Source: Acidobacteriota bacterium (GTDB taxonomy: Bacteria; Acidobacteriota; Thermoanaerobaculia; Thermoanaerobaculales; Sulfomarinibacteraceae). Taken from it: a stretch of DNA of 64,000 nucleotides. Shown in pieces: positions 21,718-35,232 of this stretch. The stretch covers positions 6,067-70,066 of the forward strand of contig JAHECW010000005.1 of the NCBI GenBank assembly GCA_024641545.1. Reading direction: 5' to 3'. The first letter of the stretch is position 1; each line of letters begins with the position of its first letter. A program made the translations under genes and the position numbers. The notes beneath the pieces were generated by a model. It searched no databases. It had not been told where the DNA came from and worked only from the letters and a program-made list of their open reading frames with translations.

Positions 21718-24483
21718 TCAAGGTCGTTCGGATAACGATTTACCAAGTTGTTGCTGGAGGTCGTGTTCGAGCACGAGGCGGGAAACAGCGACTTCGCGCC
21801 GAGCCGCCTCGAAACCGCCTGAACACGCCTCGGGTTCGACCGGGGTCATGGACTCCAGCCCAATGCACTCTCCATCCGTGACCAGCGGACCCCGGTTGAG
21901 ATAGAGATGGGTGGCATCACGCCAGCATCGGTACTCGCCCACCACCGGCCCGGAAGCGGGCGAACCGAGGAGATTCCGACCGGTGAAGGCGTACGGCCCC
22001 GGATCCACCCCGAGCAGCGCGAGCAGGGTCGGGGCCACGTCGGCGTGGCCCGCCGGCCGGTTCAGTCCCTCGGTCGGCGCCGTGAGACCCGGGACCCGGA
22101 TCAGCAACGGCACCTGCTGACTCAGGTACCAGCCGGCGGCGTCGTTGGAGGTCCCCAGCGCCCGGGCGATCGCCGGCCGCCACTCGAAACCGGCATCGTG
22201 GTCACCCCAAAGAACCACCACGGTGCGGTCCTCGAGGCCCGATTCTTCGAGCCCGGCCATGAACCCCCGGAGGGCCCGGTCGAAGAAGTGCATGGTGTGC
22301 AGGTAATTGCCGAACGGGGTTCCCTCCCAATCCCCGACATCGAGCTCCTTGTGGTGATCCGGAAAGCCGTCGAACGGATGATGAAGAGAGAGGGTCAGAA
22401 GGTACCCACACCATGGTTCGGCCAACTCGGCCAGGCGCCGCGCCGCCTGGGAGAGAAAATCACCATCGTTGAGACCCCAACCGATCTCCTCGCCGGGGTC
22501 GAAATCATCGGCAAACAGGCTCCGACGGTAGCCGAAGGCCCGGTGGGTCACCCGACGATTCCAGAAGGCGCCGTCAAAGGGTACCGCGGAGAGGGTCTCG
22601 TAACCGTGATCGGCCAGGATCGACGCCAGGGCGGTGTAGTGATTCTCTGCGTAAACGAATGCGGCGGCGCCGCGATCGGGGGGCAGCAACGAGACCTGGG
22701 TCGCGAGCTCCGAATCCGAAGACCGTCCCTCCTCGGTCTGGTCGGTGACGTTGGTGAAGAGGATGTTCCCGGTGGCGAGGGAATTCAGAAACGGGGTCAC
22801 CTCGCGGCCGCCGATGCGATACCCGATGACGAACGCCTGCAGCGACTCCACCTGGATCATCACGAGGTTGCGACCTCTGGCGGCGCCGAAGAATGGACCC
22901 GATCCCGCTCGCAGCTCACGCCGCTCGGCAAAGAAATTCAGGATCTCGAGGAACGCATCCTCGTCAAGCTTGGGGCGCACCACGCTGTGCAGCAGGGATC
23001 CGCCGAGATCCGCGGCATGGAGGTTGAGTACGCCGATCTGACGGGCGAGCTGGGTGGTGTGGAAGATCTGCCGGAAGGACACCGGCTCGCCGCGCATCGC
23101 GATGGCGCCGAGAGCGCCGAATCCGATCACTGCCGACCCGATCACCGCGAACCACCGTCTGCGGTCGATCGACCGATCGTGAATCCGCGCCACCATCCAG
23201 ATCAGCACGAGCGCCACCGGAAGATCGGCCCAGAACCACAGGTCACCCGGTCTGAGGAGGCTGCGAATGCTGGCCTCGACCTGCCCGATCTGGTTGACCG
23301 AGGCCAGGGCCGCCACCGATATCAGATCACCGAAGAAACGCTCGTGGATGAGATCGGCAAAGAGAACCGCCGTCACCAGCGTCGCGGCCGCCCACGAGAA
23401 CCACGGCCGGAGCCTGCCGGGCAGCGCCAGCAGAACCAGTACAGACAGGGCCGCAGTGGCCGCGGCAAAGGACAGACCGGCGGCCGACCACCCGAGACCG
23501 GCGCCGGCGAGAACCCAGCCTTGTTTGACGACCACGACCGCGGCCAACCACAGCACATCCGCCGCGGCCCAAGCTCCGGTGAGACGACCGCGCTGAGACA
23601 ACATCCCCGCGAGAGCCACGACCACGATCACCAGCCCGGACCACAAGAAGGGACTGAGCCCGGCCGGCGGTACGACCAGGACAACGACCCGGGGCTCCGA
23701 ACTGGCGTCACGTTCCGAAAACCAGCACACCCCCTCGTCCACCATGTCCCATTGGAGACGGAAAAGCCCCGCGGACGGCGGCGCCGTCACCACCGCCTCG
23801 AGCTCGATGCCCTCGCCCGGTGCAACCGGCCGAGTCACCGCCGTTCGCCTTCCCTCCCAGGCCACCACTTCGCCATCGGCGTTCGACCAGTGAAACGACA
23901 GCGAGACCGATCCGTCACCGGGCCAGACCACCGACCCGTCGTTGCGCAGCGCCACTCGCGCCGTTCGATCACCCCCGGCGCACAGCGCCCTCGGGGTCTC
24001 CACGCGGAGGAACGAGAAGGCATGCGTCGGCATGACGGTCACGCTTTGGAGATCGACCGGAGTGGGATCGACCTGGGAAACCCACAACACGCCCTCCTCC
24101 ACCACATCCCACTGGAGAAGGTACTCCCCGGCACGGTCGGGAGCGCGCAACTTCACCTCGAACACTCTGCTTGCACCGGGTGCGAGCGGATCCGTGAACT
24201 CGCTTCGTTCGCCGTCCCAGACCACAACCTCACCATCGGCGGCGAGCCAGTGATATCCGAGGGCAAAACCCGACTCCGCCGACCACGGGATCCGGCCCCG
24301 GTTGTGGACCTCGAGTTCGATCCGGATCGTCTCAGCGGTGCGGATGGTCAACGCCGGTCGGGGCTGGGTAACGGCGAGATCGTGGATTTCGCCCCCGCCG
24401 GCTTCTGCCGCCGCCGCAAGGACGACGAAGAACACTCCGAGCGACCACCGCCGTTTGGCCGCCAGGGGCGACACCAGTCTCAC
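21718..24483 (-). CDS. LtaS/sulfatase-family (alkaline-phosphatase superfamily) membrane enzyme with duplicated N-terminal beta-sandwich-like domains
   Basis: C-terminal [14 protein letters not shown]...SDSELA...HHPF...WGDH pattern typical of phosphoglycerol/phosphoethanolamine-transferase-like sulfatases. Central block of ~5 TM helices. Two homologous ~110-aa N-terminal repeats. Signal-like N-terminus; GTG start. Confidence 0.7.
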   Translation of the reverse strand: MRLVSPLAAKRRWSLGVFFVVLAAAAEAGGGEIHDLAVTQPRPALTIRTAETIRIELEVHNRGRIPWSAESGFALGYHWLAADGEVVVWDGERSEFTDPLAPGASRVFEVKLRAPDRAGEYLLQWDVVEEGVLWVSQVDPTPVDLQSVTVMPTHAFSFLRVETPRALCAGGDRTARVALRNDGSVVWPGDGSVSLSFHWSNADGEVVAWEGRRTAVTRPVAPGEGIELEAVVTAPPSAGLFRLQWDMVDEGVCWFSERDASSEPRVVVLVVPPAGLSPFLWSGLVIVVVALAGMLSQRGRLTGAWAAADVLWLAAVVVVKQGWVLAGAGLGWSAAGLSFAAATAALSVLVLLALPGRLRPWFSWAAATLVTAVLFADLIHERFFGDLISVAALASVNQIGQVEASIRSLLRPGDLWFWADLPVALVLIWMVARIHDRSIDRRRWFAVIGSAVIGFGALGAIAMRGEPVSFRQIFHTTQLARQIGVLNLHAADLGGSLLHSVVRPKLDEDAFLEILNFFAERRELRAGSGPFFGAARGRNLVMIQVESLQAFVIGYRIGGREVTPFLNSLATGNILFTNVTDQTEEGRSSDSELATQVSLLPPDRGAAAFVYAENHYTALASILADHGYETLSAVPFDGAFWNRRVTHRAFGYRRSLFADDFDPGEEIGWGLNDGDFLSQAARRLAELAEPWCGYLLTLSLHHPFDGFPDHHKELDVGDWEGTPFGNYLHTMHFFDRALRGFMAGLEESGLEDRTVVVLWGDHDAGFEWRPAIARALGTSNDAAGWYLSQQVPLLIRVPGLTAPTEGLNRPAGHADVAPTLLALLGVDPGPYAFTGRNLLGSPASGPVVGEYRCWRDATHLYLNRGPLVTDGECIGLESMTPVEPEACSGGFEAARREVAVSRLVLEHDLQQQLGKSLSERP

Positions 24484-24506
24484 CGCCGTTCGTAGGGGGT
24501 GGCGGG

Positions 24507-25028
24507 TTATTGACCGCTCACCGGGTAGCGCTTGTTGTAGATTTCGATCACGATGCTGGTGAGGTTTGCCGGTTCGGCGACATAGACCATGGGCTGCCCG
24601 CCGAGCAGGAACACCGCGTCAAAGTCGTTTGCCTTGGCGTACTCGCGGCCGATGGCGCCGATCTTCGACGTAATCTCCGCGAGGACCTGGGTCTTCTTGG
24701 TTTCGAGCTCGCGTTCGTAGTCGCGGCGGGCATCTTCGAATTCGCGCATGGCGTCGATCTGTCTTCGTTCCAACTCGGCCAGCGCCTCGGGCGATGCCGA
24801 ACCCCGCTGGGCGTTGAGCTGGTCGCCGAGCGCGAGCACCTGGCCCCTGAGCCGGTCGAGACGGGCGTGAAAGGGCGCCTGCCAGGTCTGAAGTTCGGCG
24901 AGCTTCTTCTTTCCCTCTTCGACCTGCGCAACCGCCTGCTCGGCGTCGACGAAACCGATCTTGCCGGCCGTCGCCGGAAGCGCGGCAAGGAGGAGAACCA
25001 GGATGACGGGGACTGTCAATCGACGCAT
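24507..25028 (-). CDS. OmpH/Skp-family periplasmic chaperone
   Basis: MRRLTVPVILVLLLAALPATAG signal, then GKIGFVDAEQAV..., a coiled-coil-rich sequence, ~170 aa. GGAGGTG RBS before the ATG at 25028. Confidence 0.8.
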   Translation of the reverse strand: MRRLTVPVILVLLLAALPATAGKIGFVDAEQAVAQVEEGKKKLAELQTWQAPFHARLDRLRGQVLALGDQLNAQRGSASPEALAELERRQIDAMREFEDARRDYERELETKKTQVLAEITSKIGAIGREYAKANDFDAVFLLGGQPMVYVAEPANLTSIVIEIYNKRYPVSGQ

Positions 25029-25051
25029 GTGACACCTCCGAGGGACGGCGG

Positions 25052-25060
25052 ATTGTATCA
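25052..25060 (-). promoter_or_regulatory. Possible extended -10 promoter for the skp-like gene
   Basis: The minus strand reads TGATACAAT (TGn + TACAAT) about 24 nt upstream of the start codon. No convincing -35 element. Confidence 0.3.
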
Positions 25061-25070
25061 CGGGAGCGGG

Positions 25071-25198
25071 GTCAGGAAGTCAGGAAGTCAGGAAGTCAGA
25101 AAGTGAGGAGGTGAGGAGGCTGGAGTCTGACTAGCGAGCGTGGCGAGCGCTGACAGCGACCGGAGGGAGCGCTCACTTTCTAACCTCCTCATTCCTCC
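25071..25198. repeat. Intergenic 8-mer word array with inverted partner (locus A)
   Basis: 25071-25118 is six head-to-tail 8-mers: GTCAGGAA x3, GTCAGAAA, GTGAGGAG x2. 25172-25198 (CTCACTTTCTAACCTCCTCATTCCTCC) is an inverted copy of about three such units, with a 10-nt perfect core AGAAAGTGAG/CTCACTTTCT. The spacer contains the hairpin GAGCGCT-(16 nt)-AGCGCTC and the 15-mer GGCTGGAGTCTGACT. Confidence 0.7.
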
Positions 25199-25923
25199 GC
25201 TTCGCCGGTGAATCGATACCCGACCCCTCTGACCGTGTGAAAGTGGCGCGGGTGCTTGGGATCGCCTTCAAAGTGCTTTCGAAGCCGGTGAACAAAGGTG
25301 TCCAGCGTCCGGGTCGCGGTGTCGAAGGTGTATCCCCACACCGTCTCGAGGAGTTCCCCGCGAGTCAGGACGCGGCCGTCGCTTTCGGCAAAGAAACGAA
25401 CCAGCATGACCTCCCGTTCGGTGAGCGAGACCTCCCCGTGTCGGGTTGTCGCCCGCATGGTCGAAAGATCGACCCGGCATTCGCCGATGGCGACGACCGG
25501 ACCGGTATGGGGCGGCGTCTGAGCCCAGGCGGAGCGCCGCAGAATCCCACGCACCCGCAGGACCAGCTCCTCGATGACGAAGGGTTTGGTCAGGTAGTCG
25601 TCGGCGCCGAGTCGGAGCCCGAGGACGCGGTCGGCATCGCTGCCCCTGGCGGTCAGGAAGAGAATCGGGATGTGGTTGCGCCCGGCCCGCAGGCGGCGGC
25701 AGACCTCGAGTCCGTCGATGCCGGGGAGCATGATGTCGAGGACCAGGAGGTCGGGTTGGGGCGAGCCTGCACCGAGGGCTGCCAACGCCGCTTCACCGCT
25801 GCCGACGCTCGCGGTTTCGAACTCCTCCAACTCGAGGTTCCGGCACAGCCCATCGGCGAGATGCTCGTCGTCCTCGACAATCAGGAGACGGATCGGGTCG
25901 GGGGCTGATTCGATTGAAGCCAT
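25189..25923 (-). CDS. OmpR/PhoB-family response regulator
   Basis: Start trimmed to MASIESAPDPIRLLIVEDDEHL. Receiver (DLLVLDIMLPGIDG, LTARG, DDYLTKPF) plus winged-helix output (LTEREVMLVRFF...VRGVGYRF). Confidence 0.9.
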   Translation of the reverse strand: MASIESAPDPIRLLIVEDDEHLADGLCRNLELEEFETASVGSGEAALAALGAGSPQPDLLVLDIMLPGIDGLEVCRRLRAGRNHIPILFLTARGSDADRVLGLRLGADDYLTKPFVIEELVLRVRGILRRSAWAQTPPHTGPVVAIGECRVDLSTMRATTRHGEVSLTEREVMLVRFFAESDGRVLTRGELLETVWGYTFDTATRTLDTFVHRLRKHFEGDPKHPRHFHTVRGVGYRFTGEAEE

Positions 25924-25952
25924 GGTCTGCTTCAATTGTACGCCACTGGGAA

Positions 25953-27101
25953 TCAACCTTCGCCGCACTCCGGACGTTCGATGCCGTGGTCCTTGAGCTT
26001 GCGCCACAAGGTGACGCGTGACACCCCGAGACGATCGGCGGCTTCCTGCATCCGCCACCCGCTTCGATGGAGCACCTCGGTGATCAACCGGGCCTCGAGC
26101 GCCGACAACGGATTCTCCATCCGCAGCAACTCATCCACCAGGTGGCTGCCGTAGCCATCCGCGGCCACACACTCCTCCTCGATCCTGCCGTTGGATGCGG
26201 CGATTGCCGCGACCAGGGCCTGCTCGAGGCGCTCAAGCCCCAGGTCGCACCCCAGACGACCCAACCGCTCCATCGCCCCCGGCGTCACCGTGACACCGGG
26301 CGACAGCGTCTGGGCCCACGCCGTGACCATCGGCGCCAGATCATCCCGCAGCTCTTCTACCGTCGGGAGCGCGACCACTTCGGCGATCACCGTTCCATCC
26401 GCCGGCTGATTTCCAGGTGCGGCCCCGACCACCACCTGCCACCCTTCCGGCGGGTCGCTGGCGAGGAGCGATACCGCCCCGTCACCATCGGCGTACATGG
26501 TCCCGGGCGGCCACGGGGTCGTGTTCTCCCAGGTACCCGTCCACAGCTCGAAGAGTTCGTCCGGCAACCCGGCAAAGCGGTGGACGACCCGTCCGACGTC
26601 GCGGCACGCCGGCCGTTCGCCAACGAGGATGAGATGGCCTCGGGTCCGGCCGTTGCGAAGGAGCTTGGACTTCAGCGACCTCGCGGCGGGTGACGAACCG
26701 GCGAGGTAGAACCCCGGATCCGGATCTCTCGGGCGGAGGATCTCCACCGCGCCGAGAAAACCGCCGTCGTCGTCCCGCAACGGAATCACCGTGACGGTCA
26801 GGGGCACGGCCCGCCCATCCTTGGCGCGATAGACGGTGGCGAAATTGTCGACCCGCTCGATGTCGCTCTCGAGGGCAAAGGTCAACGGACAGGCATTCTC
26901 GCAATCGACACCCTTGGTTGTCAGGCGGCAACGTCCGCCGATGGTCTGATCTTCCTGATAACCCAGCAGGCGCCGCGCGGGAGGATTGACAAACCGCAGC
27001 GTGCGCTGATGGTCGAGCACCAGCACGGCGTCGTCAATCAGCTGCAGCACATCCGCCCACCTCGCCGCGAGGATCGGTTCGAGATCATCCGGTCGATTCA
27101 C
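25953..27101 (-). CDS. PAS - degenerate AAA+ - Fis-HTH regulator (sigma-54-activator paralogue that has lost ATPase/sigma-54-contact motifs)
   Basis: PAS with a GGRCRLTTKGVDCENACP motif. The Walker A position reads LILVGERPACRDVGRVVH instead of GExGTGKE. No GAFTGA loop. C-terminal HTH EAADRLGVSRVTLWRKLKDHG is intact. GTG start. Confidence 0.7.
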   Translation of the reverse strand: MNRPDDLEPILAARWADVLQLIDDAVLVLDHQRTLRFVNPPARRLLGYQEDQTIGGRCRLTTKGVDCENACPLTFALESDIERVDNFATVYRAKDGRAVPLTVTVIPLRDDDGGFLGAVEILRPRDPDPGFYLAGSSPAARSLKSKLLRNGRTRGHLILVGERPACRDVGRVVHRFAGLPDELFELWTGTWENTTPWPPGTMYADGDGAVSLLASDPPEGWQVVVGAAPGNQPADGTVIAEVVALPTVEELRDDLAPMVTAWAQTLSPGVTVTPGAMERLGRLGCDLGLERLEQALVAAIAASNGRIEEECVAADGYGSHLVDELLRMENPLSALEARLITEVLHRSGWRMQEAADRLGVSRVTLWRKLKDHGIERPECGEG

Positions 27102-27136
27102 GCCACACGTAACACGCGACGCCGCGAGCTTATTCG

Positions 27137-27352
27137 CTATCGTTCGATCTCGAGCCCCTCTTCGATCACGGGCTCCGCATCGGCGAAGTACATGGCGGTT
27201 TGGGCGATCGGAACAAACATGGCGTGGCGGCGACCGCGGATCTCGACCACGAGGTGGTAGTACCCCTGCGGAGAGATCGCCACCAGCGTCGCTGCGGTGC
27301 CCTTGGCGTCAATCAGCGGACAGTAGACGGAGACCTTGCCGGGTATCTCCAT
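27137..27352 (-). CDS. Small hypothetical protein (71 aa)
   Basis: ATG preceded by AAGGGAG at 5-6 nt. Fills the gap between two regulator genes on the same strand. No recognisable motif. Confidence 0.45.
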   Translation of the reverse strand: MEIPGKVSVYCPLIDAKGTAATLVAISPQGYYHLVVEIRGRRHAMFVPIAQTAMYFADAEPVIEEGLEIER

Positions 27353-27393
27353 GATTGCTCCCTTCGTCCTTCCTTCACATGGTACCGCGTCGC

Positions 27394-32230
<4,837 letters not shown>

Positions 32231-32254
32231 GGGCGCAGGGGCGATCCTATCAAA

Positions 32255-32279
32255 CCGGCCGGGCGCAATGCCCGGCCGG
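32255..32279 (-). terminator. Hairpin terminator downstream of the secreted repeat-protein gene
   Basis: CCGGCCGGGC-GCAAT-GCCCGGCCGG, a perfect 10-bp GC stem ~40 nt after the stop at 32319, followed on the minus strand by TTTGATAGG. Confidence 0.55.
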
Positions 32280-32318
32280 TGAGTCGATTCTACTTATTGA
32301 TCGGTCAATCGGTCGAAA

Positions 32319-33995
32319 TCAGTCCACCGACACCCCGGCGACACCGCCGTCGGCCTGTGGATTGTCGACGATGAATCGCCGTTCGCCGATAAAGCTCCGT
32401 CCGCCCCATCGATCCTCGGTCCAGATCACCAGCACATGTTCACCATCGGCGAGGTCCGCCGCAACGGTGTCGTAGGCATACGCATAACCGGCGCTCGAGG
32501 TGAAATAGGTCGGGAACCAGGGGTAGAGGCCAATGACCTCGGGGCTCGGGAGGAACATTTGATCGACGAAATCAACGAACTCTCCGTCCACCCAGACCTC
32601 GATCTCTTCGACGAAGTCGAGATCGATGGCCCAGCCGGTCACGTCAACGGTGCCGGTGACGACTTCTTCAGGGGCCGCGGGGGTGTAGATATCGCCCCAG
32701 GACGGCCGGTCCGGGTCGTCGTCACAATCGAAGATCACCGGGATCTGGGCGATGTCCGCGACGTTGTTCTCCAAGTCGCCGGCGCGGATCTTCAGATAGT
32801 GCAGGCCCTGGCGGAATCCCTTGCGGATGATGAGATCCGAGACATCGATGACAAATGCAAACCCGCTGTCCTTGGCGTTGGGCACATCGGAGAAGAGCCG
32901 CAGAATGTCCATCCGCGGGTGGCCGTAGTAGTTCACGTCCATCCGCAGCCAACCGTGCCAGAAACCGGGGAAGTTGGTATCGGCGAGAATCGTCCCGTCG
33001 AGCAGCATCTGAACATAGCCCACGCCACCGTTGTCGACCTGAGCTCCGACATCGAGGGCCCAACCCGTGATCAATTCGGTGACCTGAGGATCTTCGTACG
33101 GCGGGCTCGACCAACCACCGGGATCCGTGCACCCCTTGGCGTACATGGTGTGATTGGCGATGGGCCAGTCGATGGCGCCGAACGGCGGCAGATTGTAATT
33201 GACGTTGAAGGTCTGGACATAGCGGGTACCGATGACCCGCGAGGCGTTTTCGTCATCCACCAGGCGGACGGCGAGGACATGGATCCCGTTGGTCCAGTGG
33301 GTGGTGTTGAGCATCTTGACCCAACCCGCATTCACGGCGTCAGGGTGGGATGGGAACATATGCATGATGTCGGGCCGGTGAACTCCGTGGACAGCGTTGC
33401 CCACCGACACCCCATCGACCAGAATCTCGATGAACCGGATCCCGGAATCATCGAGGGCCCAGCCGGTCACCGGGAAGACGCCGCTCATGGGCTGGTTCTT
33501 GCCGGGAAGCTCGATTTCGCCGAACGGCGCCTGGTTCAGACTGTTATCGACCATCACCGACCGCTCACCGTAGTCCGCCGACGTGCCATCCACGAAGGAA
33601 ACCCGCGCGAAGAGGCTGTGGCTGCCGTCAGTCAGGGACGCGGAGTCGAACGACGTGGCGAATCCCGGCCGTTCGAACGGCGTTCCGGTGTACCAGGGGT
33701 AGGCCTGGAGCACGTCGTAGCGGGGCTGGTAGAGATCAGCCGTTGCGACATAGGCGCCATCCACGTAGAGATCGATTTTATCGACTAAAGTGGGCCCCCA
33801 ATCGCAGTTACGCCACGTCCAATACGAACCGCAGTCCTCACCGTCGTCGAGGACATAGCCCGTGACCGCCACGAGACCGAAAACAGTCGCCCCATCATCG
33901 GGTGTATCGAGGCGGAATATGGTCCCTGCAACGGCGTTCCCGGCGAGCAAAACCGTCACCAGAATGAGTGTCGCAACGATAATTCTGTGACGCAT
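32319..33995 (-). CDS. Secreted protein made of four related beta-sandwich/Ig-like modules
   Basis: Start trimmed to MRHRIIVATLILVTVLLAGNAVAG (signal), with GGAGGA 7 nt upstream. Four modules each contain a (V/I)TG(W/Y)(A/V)(L/I)D motif (VTGYVLD, VTGWALD, ITGWALD, VTGWAID), then (V/L)DG..(V/L), and end in a DG.H.L-type motif. Confidence 0.6.
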   Translation of the reverse strand: MRHRIIVATLILVTVLLAGNAVAGTIFRLDTPDDGATVFGLVAVTGYVLDDGEDCGSYWTWRNCDWGPTLVDKIDLYVDGAYVATADLYQPRYDVLQAYPWYTGTPFERPGFATSFDSASLTDGSHSLFARVSFVDGTSADYGERSVMVDNSLNQAPFGEIELPGKNQPMSGVFPVTGWALDDSGIRFIEILVDGVSVGNAVHGVHRPDIMHMFPSHPDAVNAGWVKMLNTTHWTNGIHVLAVRLVDDENASRVIGTRYVQTFNVNYNLPPFGAIDWPIANHTMYAKGCTDPGGWSSPPYEDPQVTELITGWALDVGAQVDNGGVGYVQMLLDGTILADTNFPGFWHGWLRMDVNYYGHPRMDILRLFSDVPNAKDSGFAFVIDVSDLIIRKGFRQGLHYLKIRAGDLENNVADIAQIPVIFDCDDDPDRPSWGDIYTPAAPEEVVTGTVDVTGWAIDLDFVEEIEVWVDGEFVDFVDQMFLPSPEVIGLYPWFPTYFTSSAGYAYAYDTVAADLADGEHVLVIWTEDRWGGRSFIGERRFIVDNPQADGGVAGVSVD

Positions 33996-34051
33996 CAGGT
34001 GTCCTCCTCTGAAGCGCAGTTCCACGCATACGAAAATCTAACCTGTTCGAT

Positions 34052-34079
34052 GATATACCAAATGTCCGTCAACGGTCAA
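34052..34079 (-). promoter_or_regulatory. Sigma-70-like promoter for the secreted repeat-protein gene
   Basis: The minus strand reads TTGACC-(16 nt)-TATATC with TGG immediately upstream of the -10 element. It lies in an AT-rich intergenic patch ~55 nt upstream of the ATG at 33995. Confidence 0.4.
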
Positions 34080-34173
34080 TTGATTTTGTGATGAGCGGCA
34101 CTTCTTCCGGTTGATTTCTGTGAGTAACCCTTTTCATTTTTTCTTTGAATCTGCGGGCCACAATCTCAGACAA

Positions 34174-35157
34174 TTACGCGTCGGCTTTATCGACGTCCCC
34201 GGATGCCAATTCCTCAACGTGAATCCGCGCGCAATTCGCCAGCGCTTGGAGATCGAAACCACCCTCGAGAAACGACAGAACGCGGCCGCCCGACCACCTT
34301 TGCGCGGTCGCGGCCACCGCCGCGCTCATCCGGCGGAAGCCCGACTCCGTAACCCGCATGCCGCCGAGAGGATCGGCGGCGTGCGCGTCGAATCCGGCCG
34401 AGACGATGATTGCGGCCGGCCGCAGCCTCGAGGCAACCTCGTCGAGGGCCTTTTCGAACGCCGCGCAATAGACCGCGTCGCCTGCGCCCGCCAGGAGCGG
34501 GATGTTCCTCGTGGCGCCCTCGCCCAGGCCTGCGCCGGTCTCGTCGGCGGTTCCGGTTCCCGGGAACCCGGGAAAACCGTGGACCGAGACATAGCCGACG
34601 TCGGGCCGATCATAGAAGCACTGCTGGGTTCCGTTGCCGTGGTGGGCGTCGAAATCGGCGATCAGCACCGTGCCGCCCAGGCTCCCGGCCACGATCTCAG
34701 CAGCAACCGCAACCGAATTGAAGAAACAGTAGCCCTTGGCTGCGGCACGCTCGGCGTGGTGGGAGGGCGGCCGGATGACCACAAAGGCGCGTTCGATCTT
34801 CCGGTTGACCAGGTCGAGAGCCGCGTTCATCGCGAGACCCGCCGCCGCCAACGCGGCGTCGAAGGTCCCCCTGGAAAGCCGGCAGTCGTGGCTGTCCAAC
34901 CAACCGTGGCCCTCTTCCGACGCAGCGCGAAGCCGTTCGATGTAGTCGGCCTCGTGGATCCACTTCAGCACCCCGATGACATCGTCGTCGGGAGGCAGGG
35001 GCGCGTGCCGGTCGACGATCCAGCGGCCGCCGCCATCCGGTTCCAGCGCATCCAGGATCACCCGGACCCGGCGGGAGGACTCGGGATGGCCCAGGCCCGG
35101 GTCGTGGTCAAGAACCCGCGGATTGGAACGGACAAAGACTGGCGAGCGATCAGGCAT
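34174..35157 (-). CDS. Histone-deacetylase-family (AcuC/Hda-type) deacetylase
   Basis: PPSHHAERAAAKGYCFFNSVAVAA, DFDAHHGNGTQ, and GGFD-type C-terminal motifs. Confidence 0.85.
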   Translation of the reverse strand: MPDRSPVFVRSNPRVLDHDPGLGHPESSRRVRVILDALEPDGGGRWIVDRHAPLPPDDDVIGVLKWIHEADYIERLRAASEEGHGWLDSHDCRLSRGTFDAALAAAGLAMNAALDLVNRKIERAFVVIRPPSHHAERAAAKGYCFFNSVAVAAEIVAGSLGGTVLIADFDAHHGNGTQQCFYDRPDVGYVSVHGFPGFPGTGTADETGAGLGEGATRNIPLLAGAGDAVYCAAFEKALDEVASRLRPAAIIVSAGFDAHAADPLGGMRVTESGFRRMSAAVAATAQRWSGGRVLSFLEGGFDLQALANCARIHVEELASGDVDKADA

Positions 35158-35232
35158 CTTCCTCCCGGGCGGCTTTCCGGCACCTCAAGCCTCCTGTTGT
35201 GAAGACCGCGCCATCATACTACCCTGTTGGCG

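Noticed and set aside
21907-24495. Very long antisense ORFs: 21907-24495 (+, 862 aa), 27355-29619 (+, 754 aa), 28896-30902 (+, 668 aa), 46554-48659 (+, 701 aa), 51337-53256 (+, 639 aa), and 36875-38362 (-, 495 aa)
   Set aside because: Each lies opposite a gene with clear family motifs (LtaS-like, NtrC-type regulator/ligA, GldG-like, S9 peptidase, lon). Their translations are dominated by Arg, Gly, Pro, Asp and His runs, which is the expected shadow-frame signature in GC-rich DNA.
25071-25118. Tandem 8-mer array as a CRISPR array
   Set aside because: The units are only 8 nt long and directly abutting with no spacers. There are no cas genes in the window. It was treated as a micro-/minisatellite-like arm of a structured intergenic element.
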